64,000 nt of DNA from Isurus oxyrinchus (GCA_026770705.1 JANJGN010000152.1:434001-498000); one strand, 5' to 3'; positions 1 to 16,410 are shown, counted from the stretch's first letter. Notes: generated by a model from the sequence alone, not told the origin. Numbers and translations: made by a program.

Positions 1-304
1 AGCATTAAGGTAAGAAAGCAGAATGTGATAATGGCAGAATAAGGGTAAGCCCACAACGACACCTGATAACCACGAATAGTAATAACTTCTATCAGGGAGA
101 TAGAACAGGGAGATGTGACATTGATAGTGAGATGAGTCATGAGATAAGTGCATTTAAGTCCAGAAAGAGGTTGTTTAATTCAGTGCTTCCCAGATCTTTT
201 CCCAGTGTGACCCCATTTTAATGCCTCAGACTTTGTGGACCCCAGAGTGAAAATTTGAGGGTACACAACCTGTTGAGTGGAGTTGGAAGGATTGTTGATG
301 TACT

Positions 305-912
305 TGGGCTCTGATTATTAATATAATAGCCTCCTGGTTATTCATCTTATAGGATCCTGATTATGGACACAATTGGAAAATGACTTTAATGTAATAGGAT
401 CCTGATTATTGATGCCATAGGACTTTAATTATTAATTGAAATAATTCTGATTATTAATGCATTAGCATCCTGATAATTGCAATAATTTCCTGATAACTGA
501 ACCAATAGGCAAATGCATTAATGCAAATGGAACCGTGTAATTAAATGTAATTAGATCCTTATTATTAATGTAATAGAATCCTGATTATTAATCTCATAGG
601 ATGATTATTTATACAATAAGGTCTTGATTATTGATGAAATAGGCACCAGACTATTAATCTAATGGAATCTTGATTATTAATGTAATAGGATCCTCTTTAT
701 TGATGCAATAGGATTCTGATTATTAATGTAACAGTATCCTGATTATTAATACACTATGATGCTGATTATGAATATATTTTCCTGATTATTAATGTATTAT
801 GATCCTATTAATACATTATGATTCTGATTATTAATATATTATGATTTTGATTAATATATTATCCTATTAATATATTACAATCCTGATTATTAATACATTG
901 TGATTCATTTAT
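305..912. repeat. Degenerate AT-rich minisatellite, unit about 20-22 bp (gatcctgattattaatgtaatag-like)
   Basis: The motif (t)cctgattattaat recurs many times at roughly 20-22 bp spacing. Confidence 0.8.
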
Positions 913-1084
913 TGAAGAAATCAGCTTTTCAGAAAAAATGAACACTAACCTTTTCACGAGCTTTTTCTGCAGCAGCAATTCGGCCTCAGAAAGCAGTCCA
1001 TTAGGTCACGTCCGCCAATAAAAACAGGAGCCGGCTTTTCAAACTTTTGTCACATTCTAAGCATTAAACCCCCTCTCTCTCCAG

Positions 1085-1305
1085 TATGAACTTGCTGGTG
1101 TGTCTAAGAGCTGAATGACCAAGCGAATCCCTTCCTACACAAGGAGCAGGTGAACAGCCTCTCCCTGGTATGTTTGTGTTGATGAATTTCCAACTCAAAT
1201 GAGTATTTTCATCCCTTTCCACTGTCCCCACATTAACATGGTTTCTCCCCAGTGTGACTGGGCTATTGTCTTGACAGGCCAGATGATTGGCTGAATCCTT
1301 GTCCA
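1085..1305 (-). pseudogene. Degraded C2H2 zinc-finger gene fragment (about 3 finger remnants)
   Basis: The minus strand resembles the HTGEKPW/CGKGF finger DNA of the neighbouring ZNF genes but has no long ORF. Confidence 0.7.
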
Positions 1306-2089
1306 GCGATATGATGAAGGAGTGGAGGAGTGGGATTAACCGGATTGCTCTTTGAAAGAGCCAATGCAGATTCGATGTGCTAAGTGGTCTCCTTCTGTAC
1401 TGTACTCGGATGAGATCCTATGATTCTATAACAGGATGATGATTCATAATAAACACCTTACAAATGAATCATAGAGCTCAGAAGGTTTCACATTCAGCTC
1501 ATTTTTTCTGTACTATCACTCTGAAAATGTTGACATTCTGTCCCACTCCCCTGATCTTTCTCCTGAGCCCTGAAAAATCTTTCCTTATGAAATAAAAAGC
1601 CCAAATCACTTTTGAAGTTACTATTAGATCTGCTTCCATTAGTCATTCAGACAATGTCTTCTAGATCATCAGAACTCACTGAGTAAAATAACCTCTCCTC
1701 ATCTCCATCCTGGATTTTTTGCCATTTTAAATCTGTGTCCTACAGTTACCAACCATCTTGCCAATGGAAACAATTTCTCCCTATTTGATAAAAATTCTTC
1801 AAAAATGCTCACACCTCTATTAAAATTACTCCTTAACCTTCTCTGCTCCAAAGAGAACCATCCCAGATTCTCCAGTCTCTCCAGATAACAGAAACCCCTC
1901 ATCCCTGATAGTATTCTGGTCAATGTTCTGCATACTCTCTCCAAGGCCTTGACATCTTTCCTGAAGTGTGGTGCTCAGAACTGAACACAATATTTGAGCT
2001 GAGGATTAAAAAGTGATTTATAAAGATTCAGTGTGACTTCCTTGCTTTTGTACTTCATGTCTCCATTAATAAATGGAGGACCCCATTGT

Positions 2090-2370
2090 TGAGGGAAGTT
2101 GGGTGGTCAGCAGTTTAGTGAGAATAGGGTCAAGGGAGCAGAAGGCAGGTCTCACGGACAAGATGAACTTTGCGGAAGTTAGAAGATAGGAGAGAAATTG
2201 GAGAAAGATGCAAGTTCAGGGCTCGGAGAAGGAAGAATTTTAGATACAGTTTTTCCCAGTGGGCTAGTGGAAGGGAGGGTAGCTGATCAGATTGTCTCAC
2301 TCTTTGTGACAAAGAAGCTCCATGAGCTCCTCACACTTGTTGTTGGGAGGTGAGGATGGAGGAGACGGGA
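2090..2370 (-). mobile_element. L2-like LINE fragment shared by the ZNF duplication units
   Basis: Closely similar segments lie at about 6545-6830 and 23600-23890. The last is contiguous with an RT fragment (QSGF...HSTETAL...LDLSAAFD). Confidence 0.6.
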
Positions 2371-2560
2371 GACAACTTCAAAAGGAACTAACGTGTTAGA
2401 GATATTAAGAAGATTCAACACAATGTGTCAAATACAAATCTAATTTATTTGACTTTTATCCAGAAAACTAACCATGATAACTAGGCAGGAGTTTATTAAC
2501 GTCAGTAAAAATAGACAGCAATGAACATGGTTCATGGACATGATTAAAAGCAAAATCCAG

Positions 2561-4270
<1,710 letters not shown>

Positions 4271-4289
4271 CCCGCTCACCGAACAATCC

Positions 4290-4760
4290 CCGCCCACTCC
4301 CTCTTCCCTCACCAAGATGGCCGCTCATGTGCCTCGCTCCATGAACAAGCCCCGCCTTCCTCCCTCAAGATGGCGGCCCGTCACCGGTGAGGAAGCTCCG
4401 CCTCCCTGATCTGCCCTGATTCGCAATATGGCGGCCAGTAAGCCCGCTACCCAGCCTTGTCATTGCAGGTAAATGCGGGGCCAATGGCCTCTTATTCAGG
4501 GCCTAGAGCCTACCCCAGAAGTTAATCCAGTTCCCAGTCCAGCTGCGGTTTCCGTTCCTACCCTCTGCACGCAATCTCCTCCTGCCTCCCGAACCGTCCG
4601 CTCCTCCTCACTCTGTCACCATGACTGACACTGAGCATGCTCAGAGCGCACACCCACACTGCATCTGCGCACTGGACTACTATCGTCGTTGATAGACTTT
4701 CTGCAGCACGGCGTATTGTGGGTAAACAAAGCGCCATTGACAGCTTGAACTGCTGACTGA
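4290..4760. promoter_or_regulatory. CpG-rich putative promoter/first-exon region of ZNF gene A
   Basis: YY1-type AAGATGGC(C/G)GC at 4314 and 4367, and AATATGGCGGC at 4425. ZNF143/SBS-like TACCCACAATAC on the minus strand at 4713-4724. It lies upstream of a minus-strand ZNF. Confidence 0.55.
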
Positions 4761-7269
4761 AAATCAATGTCTCGGTATCCCAAGCGAGATCGGGGCCAAA
4801 GGCGTAATACAGCATAAGCGCCTATAATATGTAGAAAATCAAAAGCCTGGACCTTCCACACCTGATACGAAGACTGTGCAGTGCACCCCACCTCGCTCAT
4901 CAATATCGGATTGGAAAAGGGTCAAAAAAGGTGATCAACAAGGACCAGTTCTCATAGCACTGCTATTTGGACCTGAGAACAAGTAATTCAATGTCAAAAT
5001 TTGCAGCTGATATCAAGCTAGGGGCGTATATCTGAAACTGAGGAAAAATGTAACATACACATTACAAAACTTCCAGCCTAGGGAGTGAAGTGGCAAGTGA
5101 ACATTAACATAGATAAAAGCAAAAAAAACTGCGGATGCTGGAAATCCAAAACAAAACTACCTGGAAACACTGAGTTTATCCAGATGTTTTTGTTTTTGAT
5201 TAACATAGATAAGTTGTGATGATGCACTTTGATGTGAAAAATACAAACATCACCTGCAACTGAGAAAATAAGAAAGTTACTGGTGCAGAAGAGCAAAGCA
5301 ATCTTTGGAAAGAAGTGAACAATTAATTAAAACCATCACTGCAAGTCAGTACATCAATTAAAAATGCTCACAAATGAGTGGCATTTATTTCTAGAGGTAC
5401 AGAATTCAGAAATAGTGAAATTATGTTCAATTCATGTACGGTCCTGTGCACAGTTCTGGTTTCTGTTCTATAGAAAGGACAATGAAGCACAGGTGAAAAT
5501 GCAAAAAGATTTGCAAGGGTAAATCTCATAACTGAGATTTTGCAGTTTTTTGAAAGAATGAACAGGTTTGGGCTTTTATCTTTCGAAAAGAGAAGACTTT
5601 GAGGTGTTAGAGATCTTTTAAATTATTAACTTGTGGGAGAATAAAATACTAGCGCCATATGTGCAAGATGGCAACTAACAAATCCAACAGGCAAATAAAG
5701 GGAAACGTCTTTACTCAGAGAATGGTTAGAATGTGAAATTCGCTACCCCAGGAGGTGGTCGAGGTGAAATAGATTCAATGTTTTCAAAAGGAAAGATGGT
5801 TACATGAGAGAAAAGAGAATAGAAAGATAAGCTGAAAGACTGAGATGAGGAAGATGGAATGGAAGGAGATTCATGTGGAAGATAACCACCCAGACTAGTT
5901 GAAACAACTGGTCTGTTCCTGAACCCAATGTTCCCTGTCCACTCTGCCCGGCTTCTGATCAGCATGTTGCACATCCACCACTTGCACTGCATGTGCTCAG
6001 AGTACAATCCGGTGCTGAGGAATCACACTGGGCTCCTGTAGTCATTGATGAGGCACATTCTCTCACATGGAAAATTATGGGTTGTAACAGTGTAATTGAA
6101 AACCCAATTGGTGAACAGTAATTTTCGCCAACACATTGAGATGGGACCGAATGGCTTGTAATCCAATGAGGTAGAATTGGATCGATTCTCTGGTCTGTAC
6201 AGTGTGGCCCAGGAGGTGGATTAATAGGTAGGCCCATGAAACCTCCCCCCACCATAAACTTTGTTATCCTCATTACCAGCTCCATCTCCCTCCCTGACCA
6301 CAGTCTGAGACTGAACCAGGCCAATTGCAACCTTAGTTTCCTATTTGACCCTGAGGTGAGGGCGACATATCCTCCTCCAACACTAATATCACCTCCGTCC
6401 ACCCCTGTAACATCAGTTGTTTCCATCCTGCCTCAGCACATTTGCTGCTGAAATCCTCATCCATGACTTTGTTACATCCAGAATCGACAATTCCAATCTT
6501 CTCCTGATTGGTCCCCCATCTTCCACCCTCCTTCAAAACTCTTCTGTGTTGTCAACAGTTTAGTGGGAATAGGGTCAATTAAGCAGAAGGTGGATCCCAT
6601 GGACAAGAGGAGCTCTTGAGGAGATAAGAGGAGACAGGAGAGAAACTAAAGAAAGATGTGAGTTTAGGGCTACAGCTGGGCCGATCTTGAGGCGCAGTTT
6701 TTCCTGGTGCGCTAGTGGGAGGGAGGGAAGAGGAAGTGGCAGCTGATCAGATTGTCTCAATCTTAGAGACAAAGAAGCACCATGAGCTCCTCACACTTGT
6801 TGGTGAGGAGGAAGAGACAGGGAAGAGGGAGAGACCTTAAAAAGGCACTAATTTGTGAGAGGTGTCAAAATGGCTCATCATGCAGTCTTTTAAAGCTGAT
6901 TTATTTGACTTTTATCCAGAGTATTAACACATATAACTGGATAGAATTTATTAACATCGGCAGAAACAGATCCCAAAGCTATTTTTGTTTTGAGACAAGT
7001 GATGGAGAAATACCGGGAAGGTCAATACAACATGGAGATTGTTTTAAATAAAAGAAAAATACTATGAATGCTGGGAAACTGAAATAAAACCAGAAAATGC
7101 TGAAAAAACTCAGCAGGTCTAGCAGCATCAGTGAAAATAGAAAAACCAAGTTAACGTTTCGAGTCCAGACAGATTTCCTTCCCTGAAGGATATTAGTGAA
7201 CCAAAGACCCAATCTGTGGACTGTTGGTTTGAGCCTAAGGAAGACAATCAGAGTGAAGGTGTAAAGATG

Positions 7270-7722
7270 ATGGGTGAAGACTTGGACAACACGAATAGCT
7301 TCAAATACCCGGGGTAACTTGGACAATATCAGGAAGAGAGGACAACGACTGGATACTAATGAGACACAGAGGTTGAGATGGACGTGTGGAGTGACAAGAA
7401 AGGACAGGATTAGAAACCAGTACATCAGGGAGTCAGTGAAAATTGTGGAAACATCAAAGAAAGTAGCTGAGAAGAGATTGAAATGGTCTGGTCGTTTGTC
7501 TTAGAGAGAGAGAGAAAATATGGTGAGGTGAGTGATGGACGTGGGACTGTCAGGAAGAAGAAGACGAAGGTCTAAGACCAGATGGAAAGATGTGGTGGCC
7601 AGAGACAGAAATGCAGTGGGATTGGAAGAGGAATGTTTGAGTGATAGGAGGAGATAGAGAAGGTGATCAAGCAGCATTGTGGTGACCCCAAGTAAAATGG
7701 GAGGAAGAGGAAGAAGAAAAAA
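7270..7722 (+). mobile_element. RTE-clade LINE 3' fragment in the ZNF B 3' region
   Basis: The peptide ...LRWTCGVTRKDRIRNQYIR...EKRLKWSG resembles RTE ORF C-termini, and it ends in a GAA/A-rich tail. Confidence 0.6.
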
Positions 7723-7783
7723 AAATCCCAATGAACATGGTTCATTCCTGGATGTGGTTGACAGCAAAATCAAATCACGGTAG

Positions 7784-8743
7784 TTACTCATGAACTCGCT
7801 GGTGTCTCAGCAGGTTGGACAAGTCAGTGAATCCATTCCCACACTCGGAGCAGATGAATGGCCTCTCCCCAGTGTGAATCCGCTGGTGCCTCAGCAGGCT
7901 GGCTGACTGAGTGAATCCCTTCCCACACTCAGGGCAGGTGAATGGCCTCTCTCCAGTGTGCACGCGCTGGTGATTTAGAAGGGTGGATAAATCAGAGAAT
8001 CCCTTCCCGCACTCAGAGCAGGTGAATGGTCTCTCCCCAGTGTGAATTCGTTCATGTACAGTGAGGTTTGTTGATCGCCTGAACCCAGTTCCACAGTGAG
8101 AGCACTTGAACGGTCTCTCCTCAGTGTGAACACGTTGGTGGGAGATCAATTGCCCAGAAGTTTTATAGCACTTTCCACAATCTGGGCATTTAAAAGGCCT
8201 TTCATCAGTGTGAACTCGCTGGTGTATAAGCAAGTTGGATGTCCGAGTGAATCCCTTCCCACATACAGAGCAGGTGAATGGTGTCTCCCCAGTGTGAACT
8301 CGCTGGTGTGTCATCAGGTGGAATTACCGAGTGAATCCCTTCCCACACACAGGACAGGTGAATGGTCTCTCCCCAGTGTGATCACGCTGGTGTGTCAACA
8401 GGTGGGATGACTGAGTGAATCCCTTCCCACACTCGGAGCAGGTGAATGGTCTCTCCCCAGTGTGAACTCGCTGGTGTGTCATCAGGTGGAATGACCGAGT
8501 GAATCCCTTCCCACACACGGAACAGGTGAATGGTCTCTCCCCAGTGTGATCACGCTGGTGATTCAGCAGGGCGGATGAATGAGTGAATTCCTTCCCACAG
8601 TCCTCACATTTCCATGGTTTCTCCCTAGTGTGACTGTGCTTGTGTCTCGACAGGCCAGATGATTGGCTGAAGCCTCGTCCACACACAGAACACACGTATA
8701 GTTTCTCTCCATTATGGATGGTGCTTTTCCCTTCCATATTCAA
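7784..8743 (-). pseudogene. C2H2 zinc-finger gene B, 11 fingers, one in-frame TAA in finger 5
   Basis: ORFs 8324..8743 and 7784..8314 share a frame and are separated by TAA at 8326-8324, where the paralogous finger has TCA. The splice acceptor of this exon is at 8848-8847 (tttcacAG). Confidence 0.88.
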
Positions 8744-11724
8744 AATCCAATAATATTCACGTTAATATAAATTGGGCAACTCTGTCAGATCCTGATGTGA
8801 TGTTTGGTTTCAGTTTCCCGGCTGCAAATCCTCCCCTTCTAATACTCTGTGAAATTTAAAACAGAAAAAAAAGAGTGACAGAGAACCCACAAAAACACAA
8901 AGACAGACTGTGAAATTGTGTTGAATGAATTTATGGGACTTGCAATCGGAAAAAAGACCATTAAAGCTGAAGGGCTGTCATAAAAACCCAACTGGTTCAT
9001 TAATGTCCTTCAGGGAAGGGAAACTGTCACCCAGTCTGGACGTAAAGGGAACTTTGGACACTATAGGAGGAAAAAGAGAGAGCAAGAGCGTGAGAGAAAG
9101 TGCGAGTGAGAGCACGAGCACGAGAGAGAGAAATAGAGATATAGAAAGAGAGATAGAGAGAGGGAGAGGGAGAAAGAGAAAGAGAGAGAGAGAGGGGCAG
9201 TGGATGAAAGAGTCCTTTTATAAATCTAGTTTGGCCAAAAGGTGACAGAACCTCCCAAACCGTCAAGCTCAACCACCTGGAAGGACCAGGGTAGAAGGTG
9301 TATGTTAACACCATCGCCTGCAAGTTCTCCTTCAACTCAGACACCATCCTGACTTGTCTAACATCCAGTCCTGGGTGAACAGAAATTTCCTTCAACTAAA
9401 TACTGGGAACATGATTGCCATTGTCTTCAGTCCCTGCTGCAAATTCCACTCCATAACCACTGACTCCATCCCGCTCCCCAGAAACTGTCTGAAGCGGAAC
9501 CAGACTGTTCACAAGATCGCTGTCATCTTTTACCCCAAACTGAGCTTCTGACCACCTTTATCATCAAGACCGCCTATTTTCACCTCAGTAACATTGCTCG
9601 GCTCGTTCCTAGTCTCAGCTCATCTGTTTCTGAAACTCTCCTCCATTCCTTTGTTACCTCTAGACTTACCCATCCATATCTCTGTAATCTCCTTCAGTCA
9701 CACAACCCTTTTGAGATATCTGCGCTCATCTAATTGCAGCATCATGAGCATTCCACATTTTAATCACACCTGCAATGGTGGCCGTTGCTTCAGTTGCCCA
9801 GGCCCAAGCTCTGGAATTTCCTCCTTAAATCTCTCCACTTTACCTCATTGACTAAGCTTTTGGTCGCCTGCTCTCTCATCACCTTATGTGACTCAGTGTC
9901 TAATATTGCTTTGTAACATTTCAGTGAATGTCTTGGAAAGTTTTATTATGTTAAAGACACAATATAAATGCAAATCATTGTCATTGATTTGGACATATAT
10001 CTCCATTCCATCATCACCACTGGGTGAATAACCTGTAACTCCTTACCGAAAAGCATTGTGGGAGCACCTTCACCATACAGACTGCAGCGGTTCAAGAAGG
10101 TCAAACATCATCTTCTCCACAGGTAACTGGGGATTGCCAATATCTGCTGCTGGTCTTGTTAGTGTCACCCAAATTCCACAAACTTTTAAAATATGTATAT
10201 GTAAAATAGATTGAAGCATCTAAAGAAATGCTTGTTCCTAAATGTCCGGTTAGCAACCAGATCTCCCCTGGAAATTTTCCTCCCTTGACAGTTTCACAAC
10301 TAAAATCATTGGTCCCAACTCGCTTCCAAAGTCCTTGAGGTTAAACCCAGCAGCTTCTGCTCCATCTCCACTCCAGCTCAAATTGATGCAACAAAACAAA
10401 GGGAATTGGATAATATCCTGGAGAGAAAAAAAAACTACTGGGCTATGAGGAAAGGGCATGGGAGTGAGACTAACTGATCTGCTCTTGCAGAGAGCCAGCA
10501 CGGGTATGATGGGCTAAATGGCCTCCGACAGTATTGTAACCATTCAATGATTCTGTGAAAAAGGACCTATTCCGGGGATCAACCTTTGCACCAACACGCA
10601 GCCCATTACCAATCAGTTCTTAATTGGTCTATCTGTATTTCTAGACTCAGTTCTGAGGGAAATACTTGGAATAAAACAAAAACAAGATACTGCAGCTGCT
10701 GGAAAACTAAAATAAAAAGACCAAATGCTGAAAGTACTCAGCAGGTCAGACAGTAACTGTAGAAAGAACAGTAACATACCAAACATGGTTAAATTACAAC
10801 CATTATTACAGGCAAAGGAAGTTAGACCATGGCAGAAAGGTGATCAGGGAGGGCAGAGGTGAAACAGAGCAATAGATGGACATGGATTCAGATCCACAGT
10901 AAAGGGGCCACACCAGCTCCAGAGCCATGGAGCCAGAGCACAGCACTAAAAGGTAGATGAATGTTCAATAGTACTCACCCCCGAAACAATTTCACTGTTT
11001 TCAAATTTAAAATCTGCTGGAGCCTGTAGTTGAAAAGATATTAGAAGCACTGAGTCAGGGAAAAATATCACAGTTTTCAAATCTTTAGCTCCCTGTGAAA
11101 GGAGATTACAAGAGTTATAAGTATCAGTAGTAGTTAGAAATTCAGAATATATAAACTATTCTCTTGAATTGAGCTTGCTGTGTGTAAATCCTCCCCTTCT
11201 AACCCCTTGTAAAAAGTTTCCAAAATCCATCAATACAGGATAGAAATTCACAACATTCCCTCCTTTTTCCAGTCCCAGGAATACTCAAGGCTTATTATTT
11301 GCACGGGAGGCAATTCAGTAAAGGTTCGCTAGTCTGATTCTTGGGATGAGGGAGTTTGTCGTTTGAAGCAAGGTTGTACTCATTGGAGTTTATAAGAATG
11401 GGAGAGGATTTTATTGAAACATATAAGATTCTGAGGGCTCTAGACAGATAGATGCTGAAAGGTGTTTCCCCTCATAGGGAGAATCTAGAACTAAGGGGCA
11501 GTGTTTTAAACTAAGAAGGCTCCCATTTAACATTGAGATGAGGAGAAATTTCTTCCCTCAGAAGGTCATTCGTCTGTGGAATTCTCTTCCGCAATGGAGG
11601 CTCAGTCTACAAGGGACTCAAGGATTATGGGGGCAATCAGATCAGCCATGAGTCTATTTCATCAGCGGGGCAGGCTCGATGGGCCGAATGGCCTATTCCG
11701 GGTCCTAATTCTGATAGCTTCCGT

Positions 11725-12230
11725 TCTTCGAATGGCCGCGCATGCGTCCTAAAGCACCTGGCTCCTGGTAAGATGGCAGCCTTTCACCCAGACCTGTCAA
11801 TCTGCTGCTCACTGGGAACCTGGAGCCCCGCCCACACCCTATTGCGTCACCAAGATTGCCGCGCACGCGCTCTGCTCAGCGCTGAACAAAGATGATGGTC
11901 ATTAATCTGGGCCTATTCCAGAGAAAAAGTCCCGGAAGTACAAACGCTGGACCTGCAGGGTCTAACTCGGAGCTTGTGGCCTACAGCGTCTGTTTATAAA
12001 ATCTGCCCTCTCTCCACCCACCCCACCCAGGACTGCCGGCTCCGTTCCTCACACCAGCTCTCACCCGCAGAAAAAAGCATCCATTGCACTCACAGGGCTC
12101 TGATCAGTGACACTGCGCATGCCCGAGACGGTTTCCAGCATTGCACCTGCGCACTGGGCTCCTGTACCGTTAATAGGGCACATTCGCAGCCGCCGTGCAT
12201 GGTGGGTAACGGTAGCGCCATTGATTCTCC
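11725..12230. promoter_or_regulatory. CpG-rich putative promoter of ZNF gene B
   Basis: NRF1-like GCGCATGC at 11738 and 12115, YY1-like AAGATGGCAGC near 11770, and SBS-like TACCCACCATGCA (minus, 12196-12208). It aligns by eye with 4290-4760. Confidence 0.55.
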
Positions 12231-13399
12231 AAACGGAATGGAAAATAATTTTGTTAAAAATTGGGGTACGTTAACTTAAGAAATCACATACATGCTTGTG
12301 AACGGGTGCATGCTATGTTCTATTTCTCAAAGTGTTTCAAACCGTTGCTCTGGAACTACACAGAACTTATAAAGCTTTTCTTAATGATTCCTTTCTCATT
12401 TATCTCCAGATACTGAATATTCACTGCTTTATAGAATGATACAGCACAGATGGAAACCATTTGGCCCATCATGCCTGTGCTGACTCTTTGCAAGATTTTA
12501 AAATTGATTTCACAGCCCTGCTGGTCAAGTCAGAACAGTCTGCTGTCAGTCTGCTGTCGTAATGCAAGAGATGAATGGAGAAGATTTTCCAGTTGGACAG
12601 ATCTTAGACATACTCACCCTTGTGCAAAGATGGATTGCCCAGTGTACTAAGCAGATATGAAGAGTCCACTGGTTAATTAAGCATAGAGTTACCTGGTAGA
12701 GTTTAATTCAATAATTCTACATACCCCACATACCACAGTGACATTTTTAATACAGGGTCAATTAAGGGAGTATCGCTGATGTAATAGAGTAGATGAATTA
12801 ATGTCCTGCAACCTCACAATTAAGAATTGGCTGGAATGTTGCAGTATGAAAGAACCTCACATACATGTCAGGTGAAATAGGCCATGTAGAATGAACCAGT
12901 AAAAGCCACATCATTGTTCGACTCCACTGTTCATCTGGATGGATCTTTGTTTTATAAACAAAGTCTGTCCCAGACTTGTTCTGTGTCTTTGATTCCTCAT
13001 GACAGCTGTAATATCCTTATTAAATAACCACCACAATATTCAGCCTAGAAAGCATCATCACAGCCCTTCGAACCGTTACTGAGAGAAGCACCACTATTCT
13101 GAAAGCTCTTCTAGTTGTAATTCCTTCATGCAGAATCTTTCATCCTGGCAAAAAACATATGGCTTCTCGACAACAGAAAGGAAACCACTCAGTCACCACT
13201 ACAAACTCTGAATGATTTGGGATGTTGCTGGTAAGTGTCCAGGACAAATTGCTGTTTGTAAGGTGAAGGTACGTCAGCAGCAGGAGTTAGTGAAGAGGGT
13301 GATGGTAATAACCAGGCAGACTGGCTCATCAAGAAAGCAGCCCCAGAGGGGATTCCCAAATCACAATCATTAGCACCTGCACCGCAGTCCACAGACTCC

Positions 13400-16300
13400 A
13401 GGGGGATGGAAACCTGAGTGGGAAACATAGAAGAGGGAAACAAAGATCGACTTGAAAGACAGGAAAGTAAAAAGCAAAAGTGGAAGGCAGAGTAAACGAG
13501 AGCTAGCAGCAAATAGGGCAATAGTACAAAAGAAGATGCAAATAAAGACAAGTCTAAAAGCACTGTCCCTGAATGCATGGAGCATTCGCAATAAGGTAGA
13601 TGAATTAATAGTGCAAATAGATGTAAACAGCTATGATATGATTGTGATTACAAAGGCATGGCTGCAGGGTGACAAAGGCTGGGAACCGAATATCCAAGGG
13701 TGTTCAATGTTTAGGAAGGGCAGGCACAAAGGAAAATAAAGTGGAGTGGTATTGTTAGTTAAGGATGAAATCAGTGCAATAGTGAGATAGGATATCGGCT
13801 GAGAAAATCTAGATGTAGAATCAGTTTGGGTGGAGCTAAGAAGCAACAAGGGGTGGAAAACATTAGTGGCGGTTGTGTACTGGCCTCCAAACAGTAGTAG
13901 TCAGGCAGGTGATAGTATTAAAAAGAAAATTAGAGATGCAAACAACAAAGGTGCTACAATAATCATGGGTGATTTTAATCTAATATAGACTGGGCAAACC
14001 AAATTAGCAATAACATTGTGGCGGATTAATTCATGGAGTCTGCATGAGCTTTTTTTTAGACCAGTATGTCGAAGAACCAACTAGGGAACAGGCTATCTTG
14101 GATTTGGTTTTGTGCAATGAGAAAGGGTTAACTAATAATCTTGTGGTGCGGGGTCCTTTAGGAAACAGTGACCATAACTTGAGAGAATTCTTCCTTAGGT
14201 TGGAAAATAAAGTAGTCCAATTCGAAACTCAGGTCCTAAATCTAAACAAAGAGAACTCAAAGGTATAAGGCATTAGTTAGCTAAGATAAATTGGGGAATT
14301 TCATTAAAAGGAATGATGGTGCATGGGCAATGGCTAATATATAAGAAATGAATTTACGCATTGCGACAGTTATATATTCCTTTCTGGTGCAAAAACACAA
14401 CAGGAAAAGTAGCCCAACCATGGCTAACAAAACAAATGAAGTGTAATATTAGATCCAAAGAGGAGTCATATAAAGTTGCTTGAAAAAATAGCAAGCCTGA
14501 GGATTGGGAGCAGTTTGGAGTTCAGCAAAGGAGGACCAAGAGATTGATTAAGAGGGGAAAATAGGGTACAAACATAAACTTGTAAGGAACATAAACGAGG
14601 GCTGTAAAAGCTTCTACAAGCATGTAAGAAGAAAAAGATTAGTGAAGACAAATGTAGGTCACTTACAGTCCAAAATAGGAGAATTTATAATAGAGAACAA
14701 GAAAATGGCAGTGCAATTAAACAACTACATTAGTTCTGTCTTCATGGAGGAAGACACAAATAACTTCCAAGAAATACTAGGTCTAATGAGAAGGAGGAAT
14801 TGAAGGAAATTAGTTTTACTTAAAAAAAAACAGTGCTGGAGAAATTAATGGGACTGAAAGCTGATAAATTCCCAGGGCCTGATAATCTATATCCCAGGGT
14901 ACTAAAGGAGGTGACCATGGAAATAGTGGATGCGTTGGTTGTCATCTTCCAAAATTCTGTAGATTCTGGAATAGTCCTGGCAGATTGGAAGGTGGCAAAT
15001 GATTTAAAAAAAAGGAAGGAGGGAAGAAATGAAATTACAGACCGGTTAGCCTAACATCTGTGTAGGGAAAATGCTAGAATCTATTATAAAGGCTGTGACA
15101 ACAGGATATTTAGAAAATATCAACAGGATTACACAAAGTCAGCATGGATTTATGAAAGGGTACTCATGTCTGACAAACCTCCTGGAGTATTTTCTGGACA
15201 TGACTAGCAGAATAGATAAGGGAGAACCAGTGGATGTGATGTATTTGGATTTTCAGAAAGGTTAAAGTCCCACCTAAGAGGTTAGTGTGCAAAATTAAAG
15301 CACATGGGACTGGGGGTAATATATTGGTATGGATTGAGAACTGGTTAGCGGCAGGAAACAGAGTAGGAATAAATGGGTCTTTTTTGGAATAGCAGGTGGT
15401 GACTAGTGGGGTACCGCAGGGATCAGTGATTGGGCTCTAGCTATTCACTGTATATATCAATGATTTGCAGGAGGGAAACAAATGTAATATTTCCAAGTTT
15501 GCTGACCACACAAAACTAGGTGGAAATGAGTGATGAGGAGGATGTCAAGAGGCTTCAAGGTGATTTAGACAAGTCAATTGAGTGGGCAAATACATTGCAG
15601 ATGCAGTATAACATGGATAAGTGTGAAGTTATTCAATTTGGTAGGAAAAACAGAATGGCAGAGTATTATTTAAATGGTGATACATTGGGAAATGTTGATG
15701 TACAAAGGGATCTTGGTGTCCTTGTACACCAATCACTGAAAGCAAGCATGCAGGTGCAGCGAGTTGTTAAGGCAAATGGTATGCTGGCCTTCATTGCAAG
15801 AGGACTTGAGACAGGAACAAGGATATCTTACTGCAGCTATACAGGGCCTTGGTAAGATCACACCTGGAGTATTGTGTGAAGTTTTGTCTCCTTACCTAAC
15901 AAAGGATATACTTGCCAGAGAGAGGGTGCTGCAAAGGTTGACCAGACTGATTCCTGGGAGGGCAGAATTGTCGTATGAGGACAGGTTGGGCCAACAAAGC
16001 CTGTATTTACTGGAGTTCAGAAGAATGAGAGGGGATCTCATTGAATCATATAAAATTCTGACAGGGCTGGACAGACTGGATGAAGGGATGACGTTTCCTC
16101 TGCCTGGTGGAGGGGGGCGGGGGCTGGAACAAGGGGTCACAATCTCTGGATACGGGGTAGGCCATTTAGAATTGAGATGAGGAGAAACATTTTCACTCAA
16201 AGGGTGGTCAACCTGTGGAATTCTCTATCACAAGGGGCTGTGGTGGCAAAGTCACTGAATATATTTAAGAAGGAAACAGACAGACTTCTAGGCTCTAAAG

Positions 16301-16410
16301 ACTTCAAGGGGCATGGGGAGAAAGCGGGGGTATGGCTTTGAGATAGAGGATCAGCCATGATCATATTGAATGGTGGAGCAGGCTCGAAGAGCTTCATGCC
16401 CTACTCTTTC
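13400..16410 (+). mobile_element. CR1-type LINE, near-complete degraded ORF2 (endonuclease plus RT) and 3' tail
   Basis: Fragments occur in order: LNAWSIRNK (EN start), EPTREQAILDLV, DKFPGPD..YPRVLKE, SQHGFMKG..CLTNLL..VDVMYLDFQK, FAD-like RT core, RRMRGDLIE. Confidence 0.9.

Noticed and set aside
181-270. hAT-like terminus CAGTGCTTCCCA
   Set aside because: No matching inverted end or target-site duplication found.
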